A stretch of 64,000 nt of DNA from assembly GCA_044892525.1 (NCBI GenBank), contig CM097885.1, forward strand, positions 149,854,001 to 149,918,000, written 5' to 3'. This document shows, piece after piece, positions 25,201 to 38,600 of this stretch. The stretch's first letter is position 1. Each line of letters starts with the position of its first letter. The notes under the pieces were generated by a model. That model saw only the letters and a list, made by a program, of their open reading frames with translations. It did not search any database and was not told the DNA's origin. The translations under genes and the position numbers were made by a program. This stretch comes from Schmidtea polychroa (Eukaryota).

Positions 25201-25867
25201 AAGTAAGATTTTTAAATTTATTAACAAAAAGTTTGAATAACCACGAACTTTCTGAGAAATGTAATTTTTTAATGAAAATATTTATGAAATAATTTTCAAA
25301 GTCAATTTCAGATGCAAATCTTTCTGAATTAATCAATGACCACGTGAAATTATTGGTTAAATATGTAAATAACGGTTATATTTTGTTGTTAAGTAAATTA
25401 TGGGTCTAAATTTTTAAATTAAAATAAATCAATCAAAAATTAAAGTAAGATTTTTAAATTTATTATTTAAATCTATCAAATTTTTTAATGAAAATTTTAA
25501 TTAAATAATTTTTAAAGATAATTTTTAATGAAAGTTTTTTTGAAATATTTTTTAATTACAATTTTAGGTTGAATTATTATTACTAATTATTATTATTAAT
25601 AATTTTAAAAAATAATTTTAAATGGAAATTTTTATGAAATATTTTTCAATGATAATTTCAGATGTAAAGTACTAATAAAGTATTGGTTAAATATGTTAAT
25701 AAGGGTTATATTTGGTAAATAAGTAAATGAAGGACTAGATTTTAAAATTAAGTAATAAATTTTGAATTATGATGAGAATTGGTGGTAATAAGTAAACTAA
25801 AGTAAATTAAGATCGAAGTTAATTACGTAAATTAAAGTTAATAATAGTAATAATAATTCAACAACCA

Positions 25868-26152
25868 TGTACTAACAACCAACTAACAACTAGATACCAA
25901 ATACTAGACACCAAGTACTTACAACGACATATCCACAACTAAGTACTAAGTACTAACAACAACCAAGTACTTACAACCAACAACAACCAGGTACTAAGCA
26001 TTATCAACTAAGTACTAAGTATTTACAACCTGCTACCAGATACTAACAACCAAGTACAAGATACCAAGTACTAAACACTATTAACTAGATACCAAGTACA
26101 AGATACCTCCTACAAAGTACTTACAACTACCTACCAAGTACTAACAACTAGA
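25868..26152. repeat. Degenerate ACCAAGTACT(A/T)ACA satellite-like array
   Basis: Many imperfect CAAGTACT / ACTAACAAC units, strongly strand-biased (A/C-rich). Confidence 0.8.
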
Positions 26153-26470
26153 TGACCACTTGAAATTATTGGTTAAATAGGTAAATTAAGTGATAAATTT
26201 TTAAATTACAACCTAATAAACATCGAAAACAATATAATTTAAACACAGGAACTATTATTGATTCATAGCTGACTAATGTATTGTAATTTCCCTTAAAACA
26301 ATACCAATAAGAACATCACCCATTTAAATATTCAAAAGATTCCAACATTAACCAATCCCTCATCAAATAATTTTACCCCTTTAAACATTCAACCGACTAG
26401 ATCCCACTTAAAACCCATAAATTCCCATTTGAACTGATCTCTCACCAAATATTTATACCCCTTTAAGCAT

Positions 26471-26656
26471 ATACCTAAAATTATGAATAGATAAGTTGTA
26501 CAGTACATATGATATAAATATAACCGTACGATACAAAATGAATAAATCTTTTTGGGGAATGTGAAAAAACTGAAATAGGATTTCATTCATACCAAAGAAT
26601 TCAGGAAATTTAAACGAGTGGAGAGCAAATGAATAAATTACATGTTACTAAAAGCT
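26471..26656 (+). repeat. 186-bp dispersed duplication, copy 1
   Basis: Matches 28116-28301 with 2 mismatches seen. Confidence 0.92.
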
Positions 26657-26892
26657 ATTTATTATATCTAACCGACTATATCACTAAATTCCACCCACTT
26701 GAGGTTATATCCCCTTTAATTCAGTCAATCCTCTTAAAATCCTTAGAGAACTCTTCAAAAATAAGAATTTTCATTAACTGTTATCGCCACCTAACATACA
26801 TCTATGAAATAATTTAGTACATAAATAATATGAGCTCATTAAAAGATCAAAATTCACTAAAATCAATATTTTCTACAAATATTTCACCCATC

Positions 26893-27315
26893 CAGTGCTC
26901 GAAGTGAGGCGGGATAGCCGGGATATTATCCCGGCATTGATTATGTAGGCGGAATTGCATCCCGGCACTTCATTTCATATAATCTATAGGTTTATCCCGG
27001 TACTTATTTCATTTTATAGGCACACAAATACTGCAATTAAGGTCACACATAGTACATCCATATATGTATGTATATATATATTCTTTATTCTCTATTCTCT
27101 ATTCAATTAAGAATTTCCCAAGCAGCAGTAATGGATAGGTAGGTATATTCTGAAACTTATGATTAAATGGGTGGACACCCCCCCCCCAAAAATTTGTTGG
27201 ACACCCCCCAAAGTTTTGCAACACCCCCAACTGAAAATTTCTGCATAAAAGCCTGGAATCCCGGGTGCCACAGCATGCCTATCCCGGCACATATTTTGTT
27301 CCACTTCGAGCACTG
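26893..27315. mobile_element. hAT-type MITE (423 bp)
   Basis: Perfect 14-bp TIR CAGTGCTCGAAGTG and perfect TSD CACCCATC. Subterminal ATCCCGG motifs are repeated. Confidence 0.95.
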
Positions 27316-27541
27316 CACCCATCAAATATCTAACTAGAGATATATATTGATTGACCATAATTCTTCATCGATTCAGTCAATCATTTTCAAGCATTATAGA
27401 AAACCAAATCAATAAAAGAAGTATTACAAACCAAGAAGCACGTTTTGAACATAAATATCCTTGGAAATATCCTTCATATGTGTGTTCTCGCCCGGGATCA
27501 GATTTCTTATTCAAACGACATTATTTTTTCAATATTTGTTT

Positions 27542-27572
27542 GCGCTCCATATTTGAGCGCGCGCCCGGCTAG
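27542..27572 (+). mobile_element. Candidate Helitron 3' terminus
   Basis: GC-rich hairpin GCGCTC-catattt-GAGCGC, then 8 nt, then CTAG|T. Confidence 0.45.
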
Positions 27573-28115
27573 TGGGATTGTGGGTAGGCTACTTACCGAA
27601 ATTCCTATGATCACCAAATTTTAACTTAAAACAAATAATCTCAAATATCTTTCGAAGAAACATAAATAGAGAAGTACAAAGTGATTTATGATAATCGCTA
27701 AACAAAGCACGAAAACTTCCAGACATTGAAATTTGGTAATATTTTAATGGTGTAAAATTGGTTCAGAAGGGAATAATGAAAATGTGTACATAGTTCAAAT
27801 TAAATATGGATTAAAGGTGGAATGTAAGCAGGAAGAATACCACTTCTTAATATCCAAGGTCGAGATGTGGGAAATTGTTGAATCGGAAAAGTTGACATCG
27901 TTGGCCATCAGTTAAAAAGCAATGAGGAAAAGAAAATGCGAGCCTCATGTAGCGAGGTGCGAAAAAAGTACAATGCAAAACTTTGTTAGAGGAACAAGGA
28001 ATCAATTGTCTCAAATACACTGAATGCCAAAAAATTTATTTGATAGATAAATTTAAAGGAAATAAGTGTATTGATTATTCCAAATACACCCCAAGACCAT
28101 GATCTACTTTCTCAG

Positions 28116-28301
28116 ATACCTAAAATCATGAATAGATAAGTTGTACAGTACATATGATATAAATATAACCGTACGATACAAAATGAATAAATCTTTTTGG
28201 GGAATGTGAAAAAACTGTAATAGGATTTCATTCATACCAAAGAATTCAGGAAATTTAAACGAGTGGAGAGCAAATGAATAAATTACATGTTACTAAAAGC
28301 T
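28116..28301 (+). repeat. 186-bp dispersed duplication, copy 2
   Basis: Matches 26471-26656 with 2 mismatches seen. Confidence 0.92.
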
Positions 28302-28522
28302 ATTTATTAACAGAATACTAGGAATTAGAAGCCTAATTCTAAAATATAATATCGATGGAAAAGGAAGAAATGGCATCAATACAGATGAAAGAATCGTTGG
28401 TGCATCAAAAGCAGTGGGTATCATACAACGGGTGGGAAAACATAAAAGGACCCCGAACCATTTTTACATAAGAGCAGATTTAAAATAAGCATTAATAAAA
28501 CAAAGTTTGCCAATAAGAATAC

Positions 28523-28528
28523 TTTATT
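28523..28528 (-). terminator. Candidate polyadenylation signal of DHX9
   Basis: AATAAA on the minus strand ~60 nt after the stop codon. Confidence 0.5.
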
Positions 28529-28589
28529 CATAACAAAATAACACAAACACAGCGTATATTAAAATTCATTTTGCTTCCGGATACAGAAT

Positions 28590-29624
28590 TTATAAATCAG
28601 TTTGTCCACCATTAAAATTATTATCACCAAAAAATTGATTTCTATTGTAACTAGAATTTTGCTGCATAGCGCCAAAATTAGAATCAGACGAATTTCCTCG
28701 ATAGTGTGTTAAGGATTTAGGGGTTTGATGATAACTTGTTTGCGGTCTGTTGTATTGACCGGTTACATCAAATGATGGAATTTTACCTGATAAGAACGGG
28801 TGATCATTCTTAATTAAAGGAGTTGATGTTTGAGGTTGAGAATTCGGATTATCATGCATCATTCCAGATTCATATGGTGGCATATTGGTAAGATTAGAAT
28901 CAAATGAATTTCCTTGGTAACGATTGTCAAAAGAGCTATTTGAATAACCGGAAACGGGGAAGTTGTTTGAACGAGGATTAAAATCGTCATTTACGTAATT
29001 TTCAGAATTAAAGCGGTTATTATTACCAATAAATTGATTTCTGATGAAACTTGAGTTTGGCCTTTCAACAAACGGGATGTTACTATTGGAAGGACGTGAA
29101 TAAGCTGAATTTCTAATAGGAGTGAAATTTCCTCTGGATTCACCTCTAATATTTCTATTTTCAAAAGAATTTTGAGATGATGGAAAACGAACCGGACCAC
29201 GGGTATAATTGGATTCAAATCCTCTGAATTTGTTTGGGACACCTCGGTTTTGATTAAATGGTTTATTAGATTGCCAATTAGATTGCCTTTTTCTGTTAAA
29301 AGGAAGATTATTAGATGATGTAGCATTTCCGTGGCCACAAACAACAGGATCGCTGAGTTTTGTGACAATGTTCATAATTTGACTATCGTGATCATCGGGA
29401 TTCATGACTATATCTGGATCCATACAAACTTTCACCATTAACCCCTCTAACGCTGGTCTGAGAGCTAGAATTTCTGCGGCCACTTCAAATTCCATATCCA
29501 ATGACAACCACTCATCGAGAATAATCATTTTATTGGTGTATGTTACTTTTCTGGCCCCAAACATAAGAAGCTGCAGTGGATTAATCATAGACATTTGCTT
29601 GCAAGATATTGCTCGAGTTCTAAT
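28590..29624 (-). CDS. DHX9: DHX9 exon 13 (OB-fold end plus Asn-rich tail)
   Basis: IRTRAISCK...PLQLLMFG...LDEWL, then a low-complexity tail to TAA. Confidence 0.94.
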   Translation of the reverse strand: MRTRAISCKQMSMINPLQLLMFGARKVTYTNKMIILDEWLSLDMEFEVAAEILALRPALEGLMVKVCMDPDIVMNPDDHDSQIMNIVTKLSDPVVCGHGNATSSNNLPFNRKRQSNWQSNKPFNQNRGVPNKFRGFESNYTRGPVRFPSSQNSFENRNIRGESRGNFTPIRNSAYSRPSNSNIPFVERPNSSFIRNQFIGNNNRFNSENYVNDDFNPRSNNFPVSGYSNSSFDNRYQGNSFDSNLTNMPPYESGMMHDNPNSQPQTSTPLIKNDHPFLSGKIPSFDVTGQYNRPQTSYHQTPKSLTHYRGNSSDSNFGAMQQNSSYNRNQFFGDNNFNGGQTDL

Positions 29625-32600
29625 CTAAATATTAAAATAATTGTAATAAAATTAATAAATTTTTTGGATAACTTCAATCTACTAATTTATCGCTTTATGC
29701 CCAAAATATGCCTGTAAAATGAATATAACAACTTATTATTGTCACCTGAAAACGAAAATATTCTTAATGAAACAAATTTTGTTTGATCTTATTGATTTAT
29801 TTTTCAAATTCTCAGATACTTTATATACTATTTAAATAATATCAACGACATTATTTAGAGAAACCCTTTATGAACGTATGCGTGGACAGTGGCCAACCCA
29901 TTTGCAAAATCTCGCAGAAGTGATAGGTACAATCGAGGCTCGAAAATCCTTAATCAACTATTTAGCATTTTGAGACTTATATTTAAACAGTAATTAAGAA
30001 ACAGGGTAAAGTAAAGTAAAACAATATCAGTTCAAATGTACAAATTATAGCATAATTTCAAAATTGAACTTCTCAAATAATATTCTAATACCGGAATAAG
30101 AAATATAATTATAAAAATAAAATATTAAAATAGAAAATTGTAAATTGCGTTAAATGTTAGACAGCAAAATAAAACGAACATTGTCAATTTCAACAGGAAA
30201 TAAAACTTGAAAGTGGCAAAGTAATTCAAAGCAAATAACCTAATTATTGCTTCATGGCATGCATACCTATTGTTTTTTTCTCGAGATATTCAATAAATTG
30301 CTAATGTATTAGTATTTTTTAATACACAACATGACATTAATAATAGTATTTCCATATGAAACGAAAAATTATAATCAATGAGAATGGAATTGCAAAAAAA
30401 TTATACAAAAACTATAAAGTCCTTACCTTTTCACCAAAAATGAAGAATGGAGAGGGAAATGTTGTAATGTAGTTACTACAATTAACTGATGACTTGTGAA
30501 CCAATGCAGCTTTTCCTTCTGTTGTCAATACTTTACGTTTTTCTTTGTGATAGCAAACATTGGGATACAATCCTAAGACTAGTAGAGAGAGAACATTATT
30601 AAGTGTTGTACAATTGTTGTCATAATCAAAAAATTGCGATTCCAAACATTCCTGTGGAAATCCAGTATTTATTAAAATGTTTTTCATCTAAAATATATCT
30701 ATTCGTAATCATCAATAAATATAATAATCAATTAAACTTGTGAAGCTGCGTCTTTTGACATTTTTAGAATAGATGGATTTAATCCTTTAGATGCACAAAA
30801 TTCTTCCTCAGAAAATCCACGGCTTTGAACATAACTCCATTTTTGAAATGCATTCAAGATAGCAATATGATCTGAACATCTGTTTGCAGACAAATCGACT
30901 TGAACTCTGGTCAATCTTTTACGATCTGGAGGAATAATGAAAGGGTCACCCAAGGAGGTACACGCCGCAACTGTTGCACACGCATCTCCAACACCAAATA
31001 AACAACCAAATATTATCATTTTTCCCATTCTAGGTTCAATTGGTAATCGAGCAAGGATTTTACCGAGGGGTGTTAATTCATCATTTTTATCAAAAGCTTT
31101 CATTTCTTTTAGCAGATGTTCCGCTTCTATTATTGCATCTATTGGAGGTTGCTCAATAGCTCGCGATAAAAATTCTTTCGTATCTCCTAGTTTTAGAAGT
31201 TTAATCATCAATGCAACATCATGTAATGCTGTTCGGAGAATTTCTGGAGTTTGATGTGTTTCTAGTCGTTCGAATCTGGCTCGGCTACATAGATGAAATG
31301 CGTAACCTTCACTGACTCTTCCTGCGCGACCACGCCTCTGTTCTAGATTTGTTTTTGAAGCCCAGACAGTGTTATAACTAGTAAGATTATTTCGAGAAGT
31401 AAACATCTTCACTTTTGCACGGCAAGAATCGATAACAAACATGACATCATTGATTGTGATACTACTTTCCGCAATATTTGTAGCAAGAATAATTTTCCGT
31501 ACACCTTGCCGTGTTGGTAGAAATACTTTTTTCTGATCAATCCGTGGAACTTGTGAATGAAGTGGCAGAATTATATATTTATCAGATCCAAATTTAGGAT
31601 GCTTGGTCAAATTTTTCAGAAGTAATTGAATAATATTCCACCCAGGTAAAAATATGAGCACAGCACCATCTGGATGAATTGTTTCAATATATCTAAATAT
31701 CAGAAATTCTTAATTAATTTAATTGTTAATATTATGAATAGGAGGAAATCCTATTCTGGAATCGAAAATGTCATAAACATATTTATAGTTTATTATATCA
31801 TATATAAATAAAAATCCCAATAACGAATAAATGGACATTGAGGCGAATACGAATACGTCATTTAATAAAGAATGGGTTGCAATATCTTAATTAAACAATA
31901 AAATGTGCTATTTTGCGCCCAGAATAATTATTTGAAAAATATTGTTCATTTATTCCATGATTTTGAACATTTTGGGCTTTATCAATATTTATCAAATAAT
32001 AATGAATTTCTTGTCATTAAATACGTTTATTTAAGCAGTCAATTAATTTTGAAATTATAAATATTAATTTATGAAATGCAAGGATAAAATTTAAATCATA
32101 AATACAAAGAAACACTAACTGAAGAAGTGATTCGATCAACTCGAAACTAATTTCCTTTTCTGATAACTTGCCCATGGCCATTTTTGTTTGTGGTTTATAG
32201 GAAGCATCACAAATCATATTACAATTGACATCAGATTCATCGGGTTTCCCATTATTCTTTGTTGGGGAATCTTCATTTACATCAATCGAACGGGATTTAT
32301 TATCCTTTTTGAATTGTTGATCTGGTTGGAAGTTTAATGTTTCTATGCAATCTTCGAGAAAAAAATCTATATTATTATTTAAAAACAACTAATATTAAAT
32401 AAAACAGTTACAGTTGACAGGAAAAGTACGGCCTTCAATTTCTAAAACGAAAACGGAGGGAAAGAAATTTTTAAATAAATTAACATCGATAGTTGCACTC
32501 ATTAAAATTATTTTGATCTGCTGATAACAAGAAGCCATGTCCTTCAATAAAATCATCAGGAAGTCAGTCTAAAGTAATAAATCAACTATTAAATTTGTGG

Positions 32601-35600
32601 ATGAAACGTGATTTACAAAATTTAATTAAAATAATCAATGTTAGTAATTTATTAATTATTAGTGATCAGGCATATCATTGACAAAATGTCTTCTGAGAGA
32701 ATTTCACTGTATTTCCGTTATGATAAATAACATTATGTTTGTACATTTAGTATACGATTTAGTACAAATCTAGTAAGATTGATATTTTCTAAGTCAATTT
32801 AAGTAAAATAAAGATTTTGAATCAATATTTTCAGCAAGATAATTTAGTGAACTTAATTGATTCAACAATTTAAGAAAAATTTACTAGTCACCTACTTATA
32901 CTTTATAATTGATAACATGGCAATTATGAGCATTATTCCCATTTCATCAAAATCATGAGAAAATTACGATGAAAATCTAGAAATCAAATCAAAAAATAGA
33001 TAACCATTTACAAATATTTAAAATCTAATTAATGTTTCAACTAACTTACACAGATTAACAATACTTTGTCAACCTGTGGGTAAAATTGAAATTTTATAAG
33101 GCAACTGATCAATTCATATATGCAATCTCTAACATTATGAAATAGAAATTTTATAAAACTCTAATATTAGCTGCCATGCATTAACGAAATAAAATTAAAA
33201 TTTTTGAATATATTTAACCCGGTTGTCAAAATACTAAAAGTTTATCACAATATCCCTTCTTAAAAACCACTTGATCTGATTAAATACTATTGTATATAAA
33301 TGTGAAAAGATTTAATAATATGTAACAACAATCTATCAGAATTCAAGTTCACTTTTTATTATGTATGTATGACTACTGCCCCTACTACCGAACATAGAAT
33401 GGAGAGAAACAGACATGGGAACTTTATTAAGCCAAACCTGACAGAAATCGTGAAATGGGTAAATAATTCATGGAATAAAATTATCATCAGCGCACTTAGT
33501 ACAGGATATTTGGACAAAGTGTTCCTTTGGAGAAAGTTATCGCTAAACACATAGATTTGTTCCCACATATTCTAAAAGAGATCCATTTGCAAGAAATACC
33601 GTCTGGCATTCGAGGTTTGATGTGCTATGACGACGTCCCAGAAGAGGATGAAATGATGGTGTTAGAATAAATGTTTTGCTTTGTTAATGTATGTTGCTCT
33701 TGCTTAGCAAATAAACAATTCTGATTGTATAAATCTTGAGGTTTAATAAGTTAACGTGTTTTGTACTTTTAATTTTTCTCACAAAAATAAAACCTACATC
33801 GAAAAAAAGACCTAGTTGATATTCTGGGCAAGTAGATTTAATAATATGTAACAAAAATCTATCATTATTTATCATGTATGTATTATATGACAACTACCAC
33901 TACTAATATCACCTTTCTCTGCCTACCCCTTGGTGACACAATGTAATGTAATAAAATCTAATATTAAATGAAATACTTTCGGCGTTAAAGGGAGCAACAA
34001 ACCAAAAATTATTAAGAAATACTAATTTAGAGTAAATCTTAGTAAAGATTGGAAAGTAAATAAAAAAATTTAAAGTTCTTTTTAAATACTTATTTTAAAA
34101 ATTAATCTAACTAATATTCATATTTAAATAAGCAATTCATAACATTTCTCTCCAATCAAGTTTACTATGGCATTAGTGCGGGCTACAGAAATTTAGAGTA
34201 TATAAACAGAAAATATAAATCATAATTTTAACAAAACATTTGTAAACAGAAAATATAATTTTACATTCAGATCTCTTTCGTGGATTTCATCAACGATTAT
34301 ATGAGAAATACCCCTAAGACCAGATTCCATTTTCCTGAGAAGAGTTCCAACTGTACAGTACAGCAAGCCACCATAATATTGAGGATGCACTGTTTCAAAT
34401 CTAACGGAATAACCACATGTTTGTCCAAGTTGCTCTCCACGTTCTTGAGCAACTCTTTCTGCTAAAGTTATCGCTGATATTCGACGCGGTTGAGTAACAA
34501 TTACATTGCATTCGGCTCCTTTATTTGATCGAGTATAATAATCCATAATAAACTGTGGAACCTATAAGACAACCTTTAGTGAATATTTGTTTCTTGTTAT
34601 TTAATTACTTGAGTAGTTTTTCCACTCCCAGTTTCTCCTCTGATTAATACAATTTGATTTTCTAAAATAGCGTTAATAATACTTTTCTCATAGGCTGCCG
34701 CTGGTAAATTTTGTCTTTCAATTAATATAGATTCCAATGCTTTATTAGATCTAGTTTCAGTGAATTTATTTTTCAGTCGTAAACTTATTTCTTCTAATGA
34801 CAAAAATGCCTTCATAATTAAATAGATAACAATACAAAGAAATATCTAAGACTTACTTCTTCGCCTTCGTCTATATTACATGCAGACCATGCATTCCAAT
34901 TAGGAATAACTGGAGACCAGGGTATAACTTGAGGTCGGTGATGACTTTGAGGTTCGAAATCAACAATTGTATAATTTACCACCATATTTATCTCTTCACT
35001 GCTTTCAAGCTCTGGTTTTTCTTTAGGCTTCAAACCAAGATTACAAACTACTTCACTCAACTGTTTTTTAATTTCTGGATCTACATTTATACTGTACGGC
35101 GGAATCTATTTATAAATTCAAAATTAGGAAATGAAATTAATTTATAATTGGAGTATAATAAAAATCATTTTTTAATTTTACTGATGTTTACATAATATAG
35201 CTAAATTATGAAATTTTATAACTAAAATTTTGTAATCTCGATAATAATTATTACTGAAAACTTTATTAAGTATTTGTTAGATTTTACTAGAATTGTTTTC
35301 AGTTTATAATCTTGAATCTTATCAATTTTTATTTTATATTTCAATGGCAGTCAATCAAATAATTGACTTTGATTAGAATTTACCTTTCTTTAGAAAATAG
35401 ACCAGTGAGACTTATACCTCAGCTAGTCTTAGTGGATGCTTCATCTGTAGAGATACATGAAATACTTTCTAGGAGTATTCGGTATATCTTTAATTGTAGT
35501 GTCTCCTTTTATCGACAACATTAAATATATACATAAAAAATTTACAACTGTGTCGTATATAAAAAAATTAATTTTAACTAACTGTGACTCTCGTAAATAT

Positions 35601-38600
35601 TTTAAAAAATCATAAAATCTGGTTTTACGAAAATGAGAAAGAATATTATTCCTTTTCAATTTTATCTTCTGTTCGTTATCCGAGAAGGTTGAAAACCAGA
35701 AATCACACTAGGTTTATACTTTTAAGACACATAATTAATACATTTTATAATTTTATGAATTATACTTTTTAAAATCAATTATTCAGTGGTTGTTTTGATG
35801 TAAATAACAGTAGCATGTGAAGCGGCGACCTTAAAAAATTATGTCTAATGTTATTATGAATAGATCGCAAAATAATTTGCTTAGTGAGCCAGTTATGGAT
35901 TATGGATTCTTATGGGCCACGCAAGAAACTATGAAAAGCATGATATTTTTATTGAGATAATTCCATCAAAAATGACAGGATGTTGTTGTCAATAAGATAT
36001 TTCAAGAAAACTATAATGATTTATATGTTGCATACATTGCTGAAGCTATTTCTGAGCCTGAAATGCAGACAAAGCAATGGAATCCGAAAGTACCAAATTA
36101 TAGTATCGCTTCGAAATTGGTAGTTGATTGGCAGTCAAAGATTTTATCTGCTGTGTAATATTTCAGCAGAAAAATGATCACTTTGATATTGACACATTGA
36201 TGTCCATCTTTGTAGGCAATATGTCAGCAGATACAGATTGCTAATATGAAATGATTGAATGCGGACATTTCTTATGGACCGAAAGAATTTCTACAAGCTT
36301 TGTTGAATGCATCAATAGTGCAAAAATGAGTTCTGATGATTTTGAAGATTGGATTAAAAAATACATTAACAAGGTTGTTAATTTTTTGAAAAAAGAAATG
36401 AAGGATCTGATTGATTGAAAAATTGAAAATGTTTATGGTTTAAAATTGTGATACATGTATTTTGTTTTGATATATTTTTAATGATCAGCATCTAAGAAAC
36501 TAATAAGTCTGCAGAAATGCGATTAATAATAATAAAATATTAATTATTTTTGTTTATTTTATTTAAATAAATACTGAATTTGTACTACTTTACTGAATAA
36601 ATAGTACAAATATTTTTTGTACAAAAATTTGAACTTTTAAGACGTTTTATTTGAGGTATTTTGATTTTTTAGGCGTTCTCAGATACAAAGATTAGACTTT
36701 TTAACAATGGAAAACTGTAGTAACTAGTGATTATGCAAAATAAATACTTGCATTATTCTGTCAATTCTATTTATTTAAATCAGTGCTTTCCAACCTTTTC
36801 ATGCTTGTGAAACACTTTTTAGACTTCCATCATTTCGCGACACAGCAAATCAGTTTTACCAGAAAATCAGACGTCATACAACTTACGCCATATGGTAAAC
36901 CGTTATACAAGAGACAATGAAACATATTTAAATATAAATATCGAATTCCAACGATTAACTAACAGGCGTTCTTGCAGCTAAAACACGACGGACTATATAT
37001 GTGTATTGTATTTCAGTCTAACAATCGTTAAAAAGTTTATAAAATTAAGGGACTCTGTGGCTTTTCATTATGTTCATGCGACACACCTATGCAGCGCTGC
37101 TGACACACCGGTTGGAAAGCTCTGATTTAAATGATATATGGATTGCACAATTTACTTAATATACTGACATTTCATCATCTGCTAGGAACTTTAATCACCA
37201 AAAAAATCAAAAAATAAGTACAAATTGTTCATTTCATGTCTAATTCAAAGAATATTATGCCTGTTGTGTAGAAAAGAGGTAAAAATAATAGAAACCTTGC
37301 AAATTTAATTGCTGAATACGTTTTCATCATATGACCTCCATACAACAACTATCACCTTTCCTAGTTTTTAATATATGTTACATTATTTACAATAAACTAC
37401 GTAATGATGAAACTTCAACAGCTGTTGGCTACTTCTAAATACTAACATTCCAATCTCCAAATTTTGCCAGAGTCCAGTTAACCAACAAAAGAGAACATTT
37501 TATCAATAAAACAGACAATTATATTTTAAAATTTCTATGCATATTTGAATTTACAATGTCAGTTTTTTAAAAATTTATTTGTAGGTGCAATTTTTAAAAA
37601 AATTTTGTTCGAAAACTTCAAATTTCATTTTAAAAATTTGATTTCATATGAAATTTTGGATTCCAGTGTGTATTTATTTCACCGAATGTGCAATTATTAT
37701 ACAAAAATTTAGATCTGAAAATCGATTTCTATCAATCAGATGGTCTACGCAATTTACCTATTTAGTTTACAATTGTCTATTAACACATTATTGACTGCTC
37801 GGCGAGATTTCTCCATTTGACAATGTAATATTTCAAACATATTTTGATGCTCATTATATTATCACTACAACTTTTTAATAAAAAAATAGATCGCTGATAA
37901 ACATTTTAAAACGTCACTAGTCGTCTCTTGTAAAAAAAATGCGCGTTGACTAGGGCAATTGGTTAGGTACGTAATGTGTTAAGATTAATATTTTTCTAGA
38001 CCACAAATCGGCCGTCTTATGACATGTATATTTATGCTAGCATCTTTCATGTTTTTGTCAATTTGATTAATTTATTCGCATGTTAGAAAAAGACAATATA
38101 ATATACCTGATCACTCTTGATTTTTTTTGTGACACCTCCAAAAGCTTCAATGACACCTAAATGAAACATTTGTCTAACTAGAGATAAAGCACATGCTTTT
38201 GAAGACGTTTGTTTATTAGATCCCGTTTCACTTGCATACAGAGTTCTCTTCAGTTGATTACAAAATATTCCCATTTCACACACGAAGCTTCTGTAAGTTT
38301 AATGATTGTAAAAAATCATCCAACAATGATAAATTCCATTATGAAAATGTTTCTAAATTGAAAAACACTAATGCATCATTTTATTTTATTAATAATTATT
38401 TTAATAAATGATTCATAAATGTGTTTCAAAAACAACAAATAAATGAATCAAATTTTTTTAAACTATTTCTATTTTTGCATTAACATTGCAAATAAAATGA
38501 TGCATTGTGTTTATACAATTTGTAGAAACTATAATTTTAATAAGAACATTGTTTTTGAAAATCAACGTTTACAGAGGAGTTAAACTCATTTTGAATGTAC

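Noticed and set aside
22399-26152. Short regular repeats considered as CRISPR-like arrays
   Set aside because: No unique spacers and no cas genes in a eukaryotic context. They are tandem repeats.
27700-28480. Broken coding-like text resembling LINE endonuclease/RT (e.g. ERIVGASKAVGII)
   Set aside because: No diagnostic catalytic motif recovered, so it is too degenerate to call.
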